Assembly: GCA_965216565.1 (NCBI GenBank)
Contig: OZ244170.1
Span: forward strand, 384,001-448,000
DNA length: 64,000 nucleotides
Source of the DNA: Bythopirellula sp.
GTDB lineage: Bacteria > Planctomycetota > Planctomycetia > Pirellulales > Lacipirellulaceae
Direction: 5' to 3'
Shown here: in pieces, positions 18,886 through 29,613 of the stretch
Layout: every line of letters begins with the position of its first letter
Position numbering within the stretch: the first letter of the stretch is position 1
Notes under the pieces: model-generated
Told to the model about the DNA's origin: nothing
The model's input: the letters and a program-made list of their open reading frames with translations, nothing else
Database searches by the model: none
Translations under genes and position numbers: made by a program

Positions 18886-21312
18886 GTGGAACAACGACGA
18901 GTCATCCTATTTTTAATGCTCTCGTTCACGGTATTGGTGCTCAATGGCCTGCTGTTCCCGCCTGAAGAAGTTGCGGACAACAAACTCCCTCCTAAGGGAA
19001 AGCAAGAAGCAGCGGCAGTCGCTGAGGGCGGTGCGGAAGCGGACGCCAGCGGCGAACATTTCGACCAAGGGGCCGATGCTCCAGGTGCTCTGGATGGCCA
19101 GGATCCCAACGAGCAGCCCGTTGAGCCAGTTGCTGAGGTCCCGCTCGAATTTGCGACCCTAGGATCTATCGCCGAAGACTCGTCTTATCGGATGCTGGTA
19201 ACACTGACCAACAAAGGGGCGGGTGTCCAACGTGTGGAACTTGCCAACCGTCGGTACCGAGATCTGCAGGATCGAGGGGGTTACCTGGGGCACTTGCAAC
19301 TAGTAAAGGCCGCGGAGGGCGGACTCCTAGTTCAGGTGGTCGGCGAGGGAACTCCCGCTGCGAATGCAGGAATCAAAAAGGGCGACCGACTGCTCTCTGC
19401 CAAAGCGGGCAAGACTTCAGCTGAGCTCAACTCGCCCAAGGATTTCACGAATCTTTTGGAAGAGCTCGAACCGGGGCGAGAGATCATCCTCAGAGTTGCT
19501 CGAGAAGATGGTCAAGATGAAGAAATCGAATTGGAATTGGTGCGTCGTCCGCTGGAAGTCATTCGTCCCGAGGCTGAGAACTTCCTGATGCGTACCGGGT
19601 CGATTCCTGCTGATTTGGAATCGCCTCCCTCTCTACTTTTTTCCCTCGAGCAACTGGGATCGCAGAAACTCACTGCCGAGATCGAAAAGGCGAAAGGTCG
19701 TGCCCAACAAGCGATTGAAGAACAAACGGGCGAACAAGTTTCCGTTCCCAAAGAACTTGCAGGGGTCGCGCTGAGCGAGTCAAACTGGGAAATCGTTGAG
19801 CAGGACGAAACAAGTGTCACTTTCCGCCAACGAGTGCCGCAGCATAACCTTGAAGTCATCAAGCGCTATCGGATTGCCACGATTGCGAACGAAGAACAGA
19901 GCGAAGCAGATTTTCCTGCCTACCATCTCACACTTGACATCGAAATCCGTAACGGTGGCGACAAGCCAATCAACAATCTTGCCTACCGTCTTGATGGCCC
20001 GAACGGACTTCCTCTGGAAGGTTGGTGGTATGCTCATAAAGTGGGACGTGAATGGACGGTAGGTCTCCGCGACATCTTTGCCCGACATGTAGGTGAGGAT
20101 GACCCCGTTCAGTTTGGGCCTCAGGCAGTGATCGATGGCGACTTCGAGCCCATGATGGGTACTCCTCTCGCATACATCGGCATCGATGCACAGTACTTCT
20201 CGGCAATGCTAATTCCCGAGAAACCATCGCTCGACACAACCTGGATTGATCAGGCACTAGCCACACTCTTGAGCCCTCAACCCAAAGCTCGCGGTACTGA
20301 AGGTCGCTACGCGAATGTTTCGTTCCGTTTGATAAGCAAAGAATTGACTCTCGAGCCGGGCGAGACACTCAAGCATTCCTATAAGCTCTTTGCCGGTCCC
20401 AAACGTCCTGAGCTACTTAAGAAGTATCAGGTTGTCGACGATCCTGCCTATTCGCTTGGCGACTTGGAGTATTACGGATGGTTCTCCAGCGTTTCTACAG
20501 GCATGCTCGCTATCCTGCATTTCTTCTATGGGATTGTTGGCAACTATGGCATAGCCATTATCATGCTCACGGTGCTGGTGCGTCTCTGCCTTTTTCCCAT
20601 CAGCCGCAAGCAAGCCAAGAGCATGGCTGCGATGCAAGCGCTGCGTCCTGAAATGGACAAGTTGAAGGAAAAGTACAAGAACGACATGCAGAAGCAGTCG
20701 TCTGAAATGCAGGCGCTGTACCGCAAGCACAACATCAATCCGCTGGGCGGCTGCCTGCCGATGTTTATCCAACTGCCCATAATGCTGGGGCTTTATAGGG
20801 CACTCGCGGTAGATCTGGAATTGCGACAAGCTCCGTTGATTAGCGAAAGCGTGCGATGGTGCTCCAATTTGGGTGCTCCCGATATGCTATTCGACTGGTC
20901 CGGGTTCATGCCCGAATTTATTACTAGTGGCCAAGGGTTTTTAGGATTAGGCCCTTACTTCAATATTCTGCCGATCGTCACCATCTTCCTGTTTATTTTG
21001 CAGCAAAAGCTCTTTATGCCTGAAGCAGCCAACGAGCAGGCTGCTTTGCAACAAAAGATCATGCAATACATGATGATTTTCATGGGCCTGATGTTCTTCA
21101 AGGTGGCATCGGGGTTGTGCATTTACTTTATTGCTTCCAGTATTTGGGGCATTGCAGAAAGAAAGCTCATTCCGCCACCAAAGGTGGCTGAAGGCAGTGG
21201 AAGCTCGAACGACAATGGCAATGGATTCAAGTCGAGTTCAGCTCGGTCATCCTCCGACAAGAAATCGAACTCCAAGAACAAAGGCAAGCGGAAGCCAAAG
21301 AAGAAGCGTTAA
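18886..21312 (+). CDS. yidC: Membrane protein insertase YidC with PDZ-like insert
   Basis: GNYGIAIIMLT, NPLGGCLPMFIQLPI and TM core; PDZ-like GTPAANAGIKKGDRL. Confidence 0.95.
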   Translation: MEQRRVILFLMLSFTVLVLNGLLFPPEEVADNKLPPKGKQEAAAVAEGGAEADASGEHFDQGADAPGALDGQDPNEQPVEPVAEVPLEFATLGSIAEDSSYRMLVTLTNKGAGVQRVELANRRYRDLQDRGGYLGHLQLVKAAEGGLLVQVVGEGTPAANAGIKKGDRLLSAKAGKTSAELNSPKDFTNLLEELEPGREIILRVAREDGQDEEIELELVRRPLEVIRPEAENFLMRTGSIPADLESPPSLLFSLEQLGSQKLTAEIEKAKGRAQQAIEEQTGEQVSVPKELAGVALSESNWEIVEQDETSVTFRQRVPQHNLEVIKRYRIATIANEEQSEADFPAYHLTLDIEIRNGGDKPINNLAYRLDGPNGLPLEGWWYAHKVGREWTVGLRDIFARHVGEDDPVQFGPQAVIDGDFEPMMGTPLAYIGIDAQYFSAMLIPEKPSLDTTWIDQALATLLSPQPKARGTEGRYANVSFRLISKELTLEPGETLKHSYKLFAGPKRPELLKKYQVVDDPAYSLGDLEYYGWFSSVSTGMLAILHFFYGIVGNYGIAIIMLTVLVRLCLFPISRKQAKSMAAMQALRPEMDKLKEKYKNDMQKQSSEMQALYRKHNINPLGGCLPMFIQLPIMLGLYRALAVDLELRQAPLISESVRWCSNLGAPDMLFDWSGFMPEFITSGQGFLGLGPYFNILPIVTIFLFILQQKLFMPEAANEQAALQQKIMQYMMIFMGLMFFKVASGLCIYFIASSIWGIAERKLIPPPKVAEGSGSSNDNGNGFKSSSARSSSDKKSNSKNKGKRKPKKKR

Positions 21313-21348
21313 CCTTGGTGATCGGCTTGACTCCGAGATCGCTCCGCG

Positions 21349-22713
21349 ATGGTGCTGGACCCTCACGATACAATCGTTGCCATTGGCACGCCGCCACGAC
21401 CTGCCGGTCGTGGAATCGTGCGCCTGAGTGGCCCTCGTGTGGTCGATTGTCTTTCTCGCAGCTTCGTTCCTGATGATTTCGATTGCGATTGGCAGTCGCT
21501 GCAGAGTGCCCGATGTCTGTCCGGTAAGATACTCTTGCAACAAGACATTCCCTGTAACCTACTTCTTTGGCCCACTGCCAAAAGTTACACGCGGCAACCA
21601 ACAGCCGAGATCAACACATTCGGGGCGATGCCGATTCTGGAAAAGATAGTCAAGCATCTGTGCGAGCAGGGGGCGCGACTAGCTGAGCCAGGCGAATTCA
21701 CTCTCCGCGCGTTTCTGGCCGGACGACTCGATTTGACCCAAGCCGAGGGAGTGCTAGGAGTGATCGATGCCCGCGCACCTGCGGAGCTTAACGCATCGCT
21801 CGAACAGCTTGCCGGAGGGCTTTCGCATCCGCTCCAAGTCACACGGCAGCAGCTGATCGAACTGCTTGCCGAACTGGAAGCTGGGCTCGATTTTGTGGAA
21901 GAAGATATCGAGTTCATATCCGTGGAGCAATTGTGCTCAAACTTGAAAGCTGCGCAAATATCGGTTCAGGAGACTCGCGTACAACTTTCCTCTCGGGCAA
22001 CCTCAATGGAGCTGCCGTGTGTTGCGGTCGTTGGACCTCCCAACGCTGGTAAGAGTAGTTTGTTCAATGAACTTCGCAGGAAATGGGGGGCAGATGTCGG
22101 CCAAGCCGAGGCGATTGTATCTCAGCAGGCTGGTACCACTCGTGATTATGTTACCGCTGAGCTAGAAATAAATGGAATTGGTTGCCTGTTGGTCGATACC
22201 GCTGGAGAGGACACTACAACCCAAGAAGCTTCGATTGATCGGATTGCCCAGGCGATGACAGGACGTCAGAAAGAAACAGCCTCTTTGCTTGTTTACTGTC
22301 GAGAGCTAACTAGTGCAGCCGATCACGAATGCCTTGATATCAAGACTGAGGCTTTGCCTGTCTGGACTAAAAGCGATCAGGTAGACGCTTCCGGAATCGA
22401 CGAGCTCACTTGTAGTGCTGTGACAGGTGAAGGTCTCGATCGATTGGCTACCGAGATCCAAACGCGGTTGGAGAGTTTGCTCGAAGAACGTGGGAGCATT
22501 ATCGGCTCGACGACCTTGCGATGCGGCGACAGTCTCGAAAATGCCGACAAAGCGTTATCAGAAGCGCTATTGCAGGCCGAACAGGCGGGCGGAGAAGAAT
22601 TGGTGGCCGCCGAGGTTCGTCTGGCACTGACAGAGATTGGCCGCGTAGTTGGTACGGTCTATACCGACGATATTCTGGATCAAATCTTTGGCCAATTCTG
22701 CATTGGCAAGTAG
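21349..22713 (+). CDS. mnmE: tRNA modification GTPase MnmE
   Basis: AEPGEFTLRAFLAG, GPPNAGKSS, GTTRD, DTAG and terminal FCIGK; follows yidC. Confidence 0.95.
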   Translation: MVLDPHDTIVAIGTPPRPAGRGIVRLSGPRVVDCLSRSFVPDDFDCDWQSLQSARCLSGKILLQQDIPCNLLLWPTAKSYTRQPTAEINTFGAMPILEKIVKHLCEQGARLAEPGEFTLRAFLAGRLDLTQAEGVLGVIDARAPAELNASLEQLAGGLSHPLQVTRQQLIELLAELEAGLDFVEEDIEFISVEQLCSNLKAAQISVQETRVQLSSRATSMELPCVAVVGPPNAGKSSLFNELRRKWGADVGQAEAIVSQQAGTTRDYVTAELEINGIGCLLVDTAGEDTTTQEASIDRIAQAMTGRQKETASLLVYCRELTSAADHECLDIKTEALPVWTKSDQVDASGIDELTCSAVTGEGLDRLATEIQTRLESLLEERGSIIGSTTLRCGDSLENADKALSEALLQAEQAGGEELVAAEVRLALTEIGRVVGTVYTDDILDQIFGQFCIGK

Positions 22714-22986
22714 CTGATCATCAAATTGCTTCGCAGGCTCTTACCTCCACAGATTGTCCAGCTACGAGGCTATTGGAGTGGCTTGAGTCTTTTTGAAACT
22801 ATCCTCCGATAACGGTCGCCCGTATTGCCCCACTTTAGACTTCTCTGAGACGCGTCGATTCCGCAAGATTTCGTCAAAACGCTCTTCCTAGTCGGGTATG
22901 TTTTTTAGTCGCCGTTCTTCGCTGCTTCCGTCTACATCTAAGAGTTGCCTGCTCGATTGAGGATTTCGTTGAACAAGTTACCGAGA

Positions 22987-24555
22987 ATGATGTCGTTGCC
23001 CTCACTGTTCATTGGGGCATTCCTATTCGGGGTGGCACTTCCCTCCGATTGTTCACTAGCTGAAAACCTCTGGCTCGATAGTGCGAGGGCTTCGATCACG
23101 ACTGATGAGCTCCATGCGCATGCCGGCTTTATGGCCGACGATATGCTCGAAGGGAGGGAAGCAGGTTCGCGCGGTGGTTTGGCCGCCGCTAGATACATTG
23201 TCAGCAGGCTCGAAGAATGCGGCTTGAAGCCGGGGGGACCCAGCGGAACCTTTACACAAACGTTTCCCGGCAACTCACAGAATATACTCGGCGTATTAGA
23301 GGGAACCGATCCCGACCTGAAGCACGAGTTCATTGTGGTCGGCGCTCACTACGATCACGTTGGCTACGGCACCCGTCGTAATAGCTATGGACCGATTGGT
23401 TTTATCCATAATGGTGCCGACGACAATGCCAGTGGCGTGGCCACGCTGTTGGAGGTCATCGACGCTCTGGCCCAGACCTCGCATCGACCCCGTCGATCGA
23501 TATTGTTCGCATTCTGGGATGGCGAAGAGAAAGGCCTGCTTGGTTCGAAGCACTGGATGAGCAGTCCCACCGTGCCAATATCAGACGTACGTCTGGCCTG
23601 GAATATTGATATGGTGGGTAGGCTCGAAGGGGGCCGGATCGAGGTTATGGGAGCCCGCACGGGGGCAGGAATGAGGCAACTCTTGAGCTCATCCTCACTC
23701 GATGACGGGATTTGGGTCGATTTCACTTGGGAATACAAAGACAACAGCGATCACTGGACGTTCTACCAAGCAGGCATCCCGGCACTCTGTCTGCATACTG
23801 GCTTACACGACGACTACCATCGACCCTCTGACGACGTTGAGAAACTCAACATCGAGGGTATGCGGTTTGTCTCGCGCTACTTCGTCGAGCAGATCACTAA
23901 GCAGGCCGATGCCGACGTGTTACCAGCGTTTCGTGCCCAATCGCGGCATGAGAATAAGTTCACTCAAAAACGACAGCAACGAGCTCTACCAGATTTCGCA
24001 CCTCGATTTGATTTTGCGTGGGAGTTCCAGCCAGGCACTGAACCAAGACTCTTAGTCACTAATGTCCCGCGGCGTTCGATGGCCGAGCAAGCAGGTCTGC
24101 AGGGTGGCGATCGAATTGTGAGTGTCAACTCGTTGCCGATCAAGAGTAAGGCTTTACTACCTGCAGCCGCCTTGCAGGCGGAGACAGAGCTTTTGTTGAT
24201 CGTAGAGCGGGATGAGCCGCAAGGGTTGGTGGAGATCGAGTTGCCGCTTGCCGGAGGGCCGGTACGACTTGGCCTGTCGTGGCGCGACGATCCAGCAGAA
24301 CCCAATTCTGCCTATGTAACCCGCGTAGTGCCCTATTCGCCCGCACACCAGGCGGGCATTAAACTTTTTGATCGAGTTCATGCTCTCAATGGGGAACCGA
24401 TTGCCGGTCAGGCCGATTTTCTGACCAAAGTGCGTGAGCTGTTAGCAACCGACGCTCAAGAACTGCGGCTTGAAATAGAATCGAATGGCCTTGTGACTGA
24501 GCGAGAAGTCTCTTTCCTTTTGCCCACCGAGAGTGAGCAGGACGCCACATTGTAG
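22987..24555 (+). CDS. M28 family metallopeptidase with two PDZ domains
   Basis: GAHYDH, NGADDNASG, GEEKGLLGS, SDH and DYHRPSD motifs; two PDZ-like repeats. Confidence 0.92.
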   Translation: MMSLPSLFIGAFLFGVALPSDCSLAENLWLDSARASITTDELHAHAGFMADDMLEGREAGSRGGLAAARYIVSRLEECGLKPGGPSGTFTQTFPGNSQNILGVLEGTDPDLKHEFIVVGAHYDHVGYGTRRNSYGPIGFIHNGADDNASGVATLLEVIDALAQTSHRPRRSILFAFWDGEEKGLLGSKHWMSSPTVPISDVRLAWNIDMVGRLEGGRIEVMGARTGAGMRQLLSSSSLDDGIWVDFTWEYKDNSDHWTFYQAGIPALCLHTGLHDDYHRPSDDVEKLNIEGMRFVSRYFVEQITKQADADVLPAFRAQSRHENKFTQKRQQRALPDFAPRFDFAWEFQPGTEPRLLVTNVPRRSMAEQAGLQGGDRIVSVNSLPIKSKALLPAAALQAETELLLIVERDEPQGLVEIELPLAGGPVRLGLSWRDDPAEPNSAYVTRVVPYSPAHQAGIKLFDRVHALNGEPIAGQADFLTKVRELLATDAQELRLEIESNGLVTEREVSFLLPTESEQDATL

Positions 24556-24591
24556 GTTGGACCGTTTGTAAGCGACAGCTCATCACAAGGT

Positions 24592-24891
24592 TCAGTGGCT
24601 TGCGCCGATTGCTCGTAGTTTGTCCCAAGTGTATAGCCCCGAATTGTGGCCGTCGGACCAGTGGACTCGAATCGCATAGCCACCCACGGGTTCCATTTTT
24701 TCGATTTTAATGTCGCTGGGAACAGAATCAGGGTCTAAGATTCGTTCACCCGTCCATTCGTTCACGCAGTGTGCACATTGGCAGAGGCCTCGTAGCTTGA
24801 AGAAGGAAATCTCGTCTTGACGATCGTCCCACTGGACGGACAAAACACCTTTATCTCGCTGGGCACTAATATCGTTGGGAACTTTGCTCAT
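24592..24891 (-). CDS. DUF971 / GBBH N-terminal-like metal-binding protein
   Basis: LRGLCQCAHC and VGGYAIRVHWSDGHNSGLYTW; start reassigned to MSKVP. Confidence 0.88.
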   Translation of the reverse strand: MSKVPNDISAQRDKGVLSVQWDDRQDEISFFKLRGLCQCAHCVNEWTGERILDPDSVPSDIKIEKMEPVGGYAIRVHWSDGHNSGLYTWDKLRAIGASH

Positions 24892-25089
24892 AGTGTTTCC
24901 AAGATAGTCCGAACCGAGCTGCCTCGCTATGTCTCCGATAGATGGCAGCTCCGAACCAGAGCATGGCAATAGGAAAGCCCAGCAGAGCCCAGAATCAAGA
25001 CCTAGTCGATGCCACTAGCACCGGCTATACTTCTCTGCCAGGCCAAGCTGGAGGTCTCAGGCAGTCAGGAAGGCTGGCATGAACAATTA

Positions 25090-25173
<84 letters not shown>

Positions 25174-25209
25174 CTTATGTGGCTGGAGACTTACACCTCC
25201 TGCCTCTCC

Positions 25210-25282
<73 letters not shown>

Positions 25283-25284
25283 CT

Positions 25285-25318
25285 AGATAACCCTAGTTTT
25301 ATAGGGTTATCTTTTTTT
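25285..25318 (+). terminator. Terminator after tRNA-Lys
   Basis: AGATAACCCTA / TAGGGTTATCT stem followed by a T run. Confidence 0.85.
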
Positions 25319-25325
25319 ATGCTTT

Positions 25326-25398
25326 GTAGTGCACGGTCGACTAATCGACCTAAGTAGTGCAGAATCGACCCGTTTTGTAGTGAAAGAAGTAGTGAAAG
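25326..25398. repeat. GTAGTG(C/A)A direct repeats x4, putative integrase arm-type sites
   Basis: GTAGTGCA at 25326 and 25354; GTAGTGAAAG at 25377 and 25389. Confidence 0.65.
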
Positions 25399-25577
25399 TT
25401 TTTTTATCTATTGAAGACACCATTCAAACTTGAGGCCGAGAAAGCATTACGCGGTTCTAAGATATGGGGCTGCTGAGATTGTTCTTGGAGCAAATTGATA
25501 GCCCATCCAAGCTAGTCTTGGTTGTATGAACGAGGTCGATCTCGGAGGCCTTGAAATAGGTTTTTGTCAATAGTGCA

Positions 25578-26462
25578 CTACTCAACATCAACACCTAGGA
25601 TGCGTGCTATGAAATGAGAAAATGGTTCGCCCGTTAGCATATTGGCTTCACCCATGTTCCGAGCGTAGCTCATTATCCATTCTCTTGGATCAGAGACAAC
25701 GATACCTTCTTTGTCAGCCAGTTCCTGCTTAAGAGTGTCTAACACGAGAGGTAAAGCACCCTGGCGTTTCGCGTCAGATAGTATGACGAAAAGGTGCGTA
25801 TCTATTTTATTTTTCTCATCTAGCTGTTCGCTTCTAGGCGATTCTTGCCGCAATAAAAGGTTACGCAATCGACTGGAATGAAGTGGTGCCTGGTGCACGG
25901 GATTCTGGTAGATATAGGCGAGAATTGAGGAATAGGCATCTACATTTATGTCGTGTTTAGTTGCTAAAGCCTCTTGTCTTTCTACTTCCCTAAACATCCA
26001 GCTTGCAGGGTCTTCAGTTAGAATCCCTTCATGCTCAAGAAGGTCTTTTTGAAGTTGGTCGAGGACCGCATTTTCTATTCCAGCTTCTCGCACACTATAT
26101 AGCTCAGCAAATACGGCCATGGGCAGTCGAGGTCCGCGGGCATTCATTTCAACACCGTTTTGAACGTAAGTTTTCCTTAGCAGCAAGTTTCTAAGATTGC
26201 TGGCATGATGTGCAATTTTTTCTCCAAGTTGTTGCTCTTGCGATATGGCTGGGTGAGTTTCGGGCGTCTCACTTGAAGTATTGAAGACAGCATCAAATCC
26301 AGGTGCGGGGGATGAGTTCTCGTGAGCAATGATCTCCTGCCTTCGTCCTTCACCCTCTGGTGCTACCTCTTTAAGGTCGATGGTTGAGGTCAGGTCAGTA
26401 CCACTTGTTGATTGCGATTGGCCTGGTAATGAAATAATCGGGGTCATTTGATTGCTCTCCAA
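25578..26462 (-). CDS. Hypothetical protein with internal domain duplication
   Basis: LRNLLLR...VLD.L...L...EGI...DP..W occurs twice; start uncertain. Confidence 0.75.
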   Translation of the reverse strand: MESNQMTPIISLPGQSQSTSGTDLTSTIDLKEVAPEGEGRRQEIIAHENSSPAPGFDAVFNTSSETPETHPAISQEQQLGEKIAHHASNLRNLLLRKTYVQNGVEMNARGPRLPMAVFAELYSVREAGIENAVLDQLQKDLLEHEGILTEDPASWMFREVERQEALATKHDINVDAYSSILAYIYQNPVHQAPLHSSRLRNLLLRQESPRSEQLDEKNKIDTHLFVILSDAKRQGALPLVLDTLKQELADKEGIVVSDPREWIMSYARNMGEANMLTGEPFSHFIARILGVDVE

Positions 26463-26712
26463 AACCTTACAGATAATTACTTTCGCTGTTCTTCTCTACG
26501 AAAGTTATTGGAGGGTTGTCAGGTGGAGTAGCATAGATACTTAAGTTAGGTGGCATGCTTGGAGCAATCGAACGTAGCCTCATCTGGCTTAATCAATATG
26601 ATTTAGATGGCTTTTCTTAGGGATGAACTCTGGTACATTAGGGTGTTAGGAAAATCCCTCGTTCTTGAGCCAGTCGTGATAGATTAGCCTGAGATTAAAG
26701 GCGTTATAAGTA

Positions 26713-27555
26713 ATGTCGCAGGACACCCTCAATCTCGGTGATTTCGACTCTTCTCTATGTCGACCTCTTGGTTGTACCTTCTATTTCATCACCTCAATAG
26801 TAATGGTCTTTGGGTACAAGGTTGATATTCTGTTCCCAATTGGTGGTGAGGACTGGTTTTGGGGAGTCCTGGTAACGGCAGGCGGTGCCGTTCTCTTCAT
26901 GTGGCCTATTGGTTTAGTTTTTCTGCTGCTCTCTATTCCGTTCATCAAATTACTCGGTAAAGGTCTAGGCTTTCTAGCTATCTTGCTATGTATGGTTCTA
27001 TTTTACCCCGCACTGAACGTAGCAATTGGAGTAAGCCAAGGACACTTTGAAGATAAGGCCAAGATTCTTCTTCGTATGGATAGAGAACGTGGAGTCCGTG
27101 AAGAGCTCCCCGAGGAGTTATCCCACAAGCGGGTGGAGTACTTTGTTTTTTTGACGGAGAGCGTAAACAGTTCGTTTCTAGATGCAAAGACAGCCTTTGA
27201 AAAACTGATTGATATCAACTTCATCAAGTCCCTACAGCCCAATATTGAGAAGCAAATGCAAATAGGGGAAATCGTCGATGAAAGCATTAAAGAGTTATCG
27301 AGAATGCAAGGCAGTATGCCCGCAAGAGAGGTACATGTGGACAATTGGAAATACTTTAACGGAGCATTCCTCGAGGCTTCACTGGAGATAAAACGACTAA
27401 GTGAAATACGCAGCATTCACTTTGAGGAGGGGGAATTATTAAGCGTTAATAGAGAGGCCCCAAAGACTCATAGCCCGCTAATGACTTTTCTTGCTTTTTG
27501 GTTTTTTGTTGGCATCGGCATGATCGTGATTAAAGGAATCATGAAGGGCAATTGA
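26713..27555 (+). CDS. Hypothetical membrane protein
   Basis: Three N-terminal and one C-terminal hydrophobic segments. Confidence 0.75.
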   Translation: MSQDTLNLGDFDSSLCRPLGCTFYFITSIVMVFGYKVDILFPIGGEDWFWGVLVTAGGAVLFMWPIGLVFLLLSIPFIKLLGKGLGFLAILLCMVLFYPALNVAIGVSQGHFEDKAKILLRMDRERGVREELPEELSHKRVEYFVFLTESVNSSFLDAKTAFEKLIDINFIKSLQPNIEKQMQIGEIVDESIKELSRMQGSMPAREVHVDNWKYFNGAFLEASLEIKRLSEIRSIHFEEGELLSVNREAPKTHSPLMTFLAFWFFVGIGMIVIKGIMKGN

Positions 27556-27587
27556 CTTGCTCAGCTACGAGTTCAGAAAGTGATGGC

Positions 27588-29111
27588 TCAGTCGTCACGA
27601 AAACTCTTTATGTCATCAGGTCCGAAGTCATCTTCTTCGTGTTCATCGTTAGCTCCGAGTGCATTCTCTATTTTTGTTGAATCCCATTCGGGTGCTTCCC
27701 AATCGTCCTCGAAGAACTGGGTTGGTAACCACTTCTTTCTCCCATCTGGTAACTTTTCAGGTTCCCAATAGGGTTGGAAGAACTTCTCTCTGATATTGAA
27801 GGGCTCAGCATGTTGATCGATGATATCTCGGGTAAATCCAGAAATTCGTCCATCGGACTTAATATTCCTGATGTCTTTTTCCGAGATGATAGTGTCCAGA
27901 ACCCTCGCCCCACCAACCTTTTTAGTTTGGCGTTCCTTATTCCATGGCTCATCTGCCGCTACGTTCTTTTCAGTCGAAGCCTCTTTCGGACCTAATAATT
28001 CGGCGGCCCATTTGGTATCTTTGGGGTCCTCAACTGCAAGAATCATTTTATTGCCAAGCTGACTAGTAAGCGTCTCTACGTTAGCTTCTGTTTTGAATGC
28101 CGAAACAAGAGAATGTCTTGTTTGGAAAGCCAATAGAGCAAAAATACCGAGCCAGCGACCTTCCAATAGAGTTGTTGATAGAGCTTCATGGTTTGAGAAT
28201 TTAGCAAACTCATCAATTATTATTGCAGTATTGAACGGCGAATCGTCACCTTCTTTAGGTGGATTCAAGTCCCGATTTAAGAGGATTGCTTGAAGACGTG
28301 TCATCACAGTGCGATTAAGCTCATTGAGCATAGAGCTAGGCTCTGTGTCAGCACCAAGCACTAGAATACCTTCTGTCTTGACCCAATTCTTCAAGCTAAC
28401 TGATTTGCCGTCCATCACGTGTTGATGCATGTAATCTGAGAGCCGTCTTAATCCTTCAAATCGTCCCCTCACATCGGCTTGAATATTATCAGCTGTTCGA
28501 TCAGAACCAAGATCGGCGAGAAGTTCGCGACCGTGCTGTCGGGTTGCAATAACCTTCCGCCTAAGATCAGGATTTAGCATGACGTAGACAAAATCCGTGA
28601 ATGTCCAGTCTTGCTTTAGTATGCTTTTTAGACCGAGAAGCGTATGGGTTATTAGTCCACGACTCATCTTATTAAAAAACATCGCGGCGTCATCGGTCCC
28701 AGTTGGCTCGGGGACTAAAGTGGCGGCAATTCCCATCGCATCATTCTCGTGAGCAACATCAGCGGCGATGTCCCAGGCATAAGCTCTTTTGTCATGCGGG
28801 TGCATAAGAATTAGATCTACGCCGCTGTCTTTTATTGCATAGATGTTGGAAGCGAACTCCGGCTTTGGGTCATAAATGATGAGACGTTGATTACTCCCTG
28901 GGAGTATGTAGGGAACGATATCATGTAGGATCGTATGTATGACTGTGCTTTTTCCACTCCCTGTCGCACCCATAATCATGAAATGACGTTCACGCACTTT
29001 CCTGAGAGGAAGTTTCTTACGGAAGTCACCCCAGAAAATCTTTCTTTCCGTTGGTTTTGGTCGAAACCAATTTCGTATTGCTGCAAAAAGTCCGGTTTTT
29101 TTTGTGGCCAT
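27588..29111 (-). CDS. Type IV coupling protein (TrwB/TraD-like)
   Basis: HFMIMGATGSGKS, IYDPKPE, IIIDEF and LAFQ motifs; co-oriented with the relaxase. Confidence 0.9.
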   Translation of the reverse strand: MATKKTGLFAAIRNWFRPKPTERKIFWGDFRKKLPLRKVRERHFMIMGATGSGKSTVIHTILHDIVPYILPGSNQRLIIYDPKPEFASNIYAIKDSGVDLILMHPHDKRAYAWDIAADVAHENDAMGIAATLVPEPTGTDDAAMFFNKMSRGLITHTLLGLKSILKQDWTFTDFVYVMLNPDLRRKVIATRQHGRELLADLGSDRTADNIQADVRGRFEGLRRLSDYMHQHVMDGKSVSLKNWVKTEGILVLGADTEPSSMLNELNRTVMTRLQAILLNRDLNPPKEGDDSPFNTAIIIDEFAKFSNHEALSTTLLEGRWLGIFALLAFQTRHSLVSAFKTEANVETLTSQLGNKMILAVEDPKDTKWAAELLGPKEASTEKNVAADEPWNKERQTKKVGGARVLDTIISEKDIRNIKSDGRISGFTRDIIDQHAEPFNIREKFFQPYWEPEKLPDGRKKWLPTQFFEDDWEAPEWDSTKIENALGANDEHEEDDFGPDDIKSFRDD

Positions 29112-29116
29112 AGTGA

Positions 29117-29584
29117 TTATCTCCAAAAAAAGATGATTCTAAAGATGACCCTAAAGGCGGGGTCAGCCCACCCAGGCTCGCCTCTCCCACGATCATCTGC
29201 TTTCGACTCTGGAGGAACACAAAGGAACAGGTAGACTACTGCTGAAAAGAGAGCGGGAATCGTGCAGAGCCAGAAAGGAACTGCACTTAGGCTTTCTTTA
29301 GAGTGCAAGTACCCAGGTATCCCCCAGACGAAAAACATTGATAGCATCGAGAGAATAGCAAGGGCGTTTTTCTCCAAGAGGGAGAGGTTAAGAGCTTTAT
29401 GATAGAAAGAGACCGCGAAGTATGAGAAGGGGAGGAGGTAAGCATATACGAGAGTTGGGGAAGGGTTCTCAGGGAGAAAGGTATATTGAAATTCTTTGTC
29501 CTGTGCGATCAGGTAGTAGACGATTGCAGCCAGTGATGCAGCAAGTGCACAAGTAAGAGCAAGATGGAATATAGGTTTCAACAT
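29117..29584 (-). CDS. Four-TM membrane protein between relaxase and coupling protein
   Basis: Hydrophobic segments and operon position. Confidence 0.7.
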   Translation of the reverse strand: MLKPIFHLALTCALAASLAAIVYYLIAQDKEFQYTFLPENPSPTLVYAYLLPFSYFAVSFYHKALNLSLLEKNALAILSMLSMFFVWGIPGYLHSKESLSAVPFWLCTIPALFSAVVYLFLCVPPESKADDRGRGEPGWADPAFRVIFRIIFFWR

Positions 29585-29613
29585 GATGATGCCAGAGTTG
29601 GACAGACCGCTGT

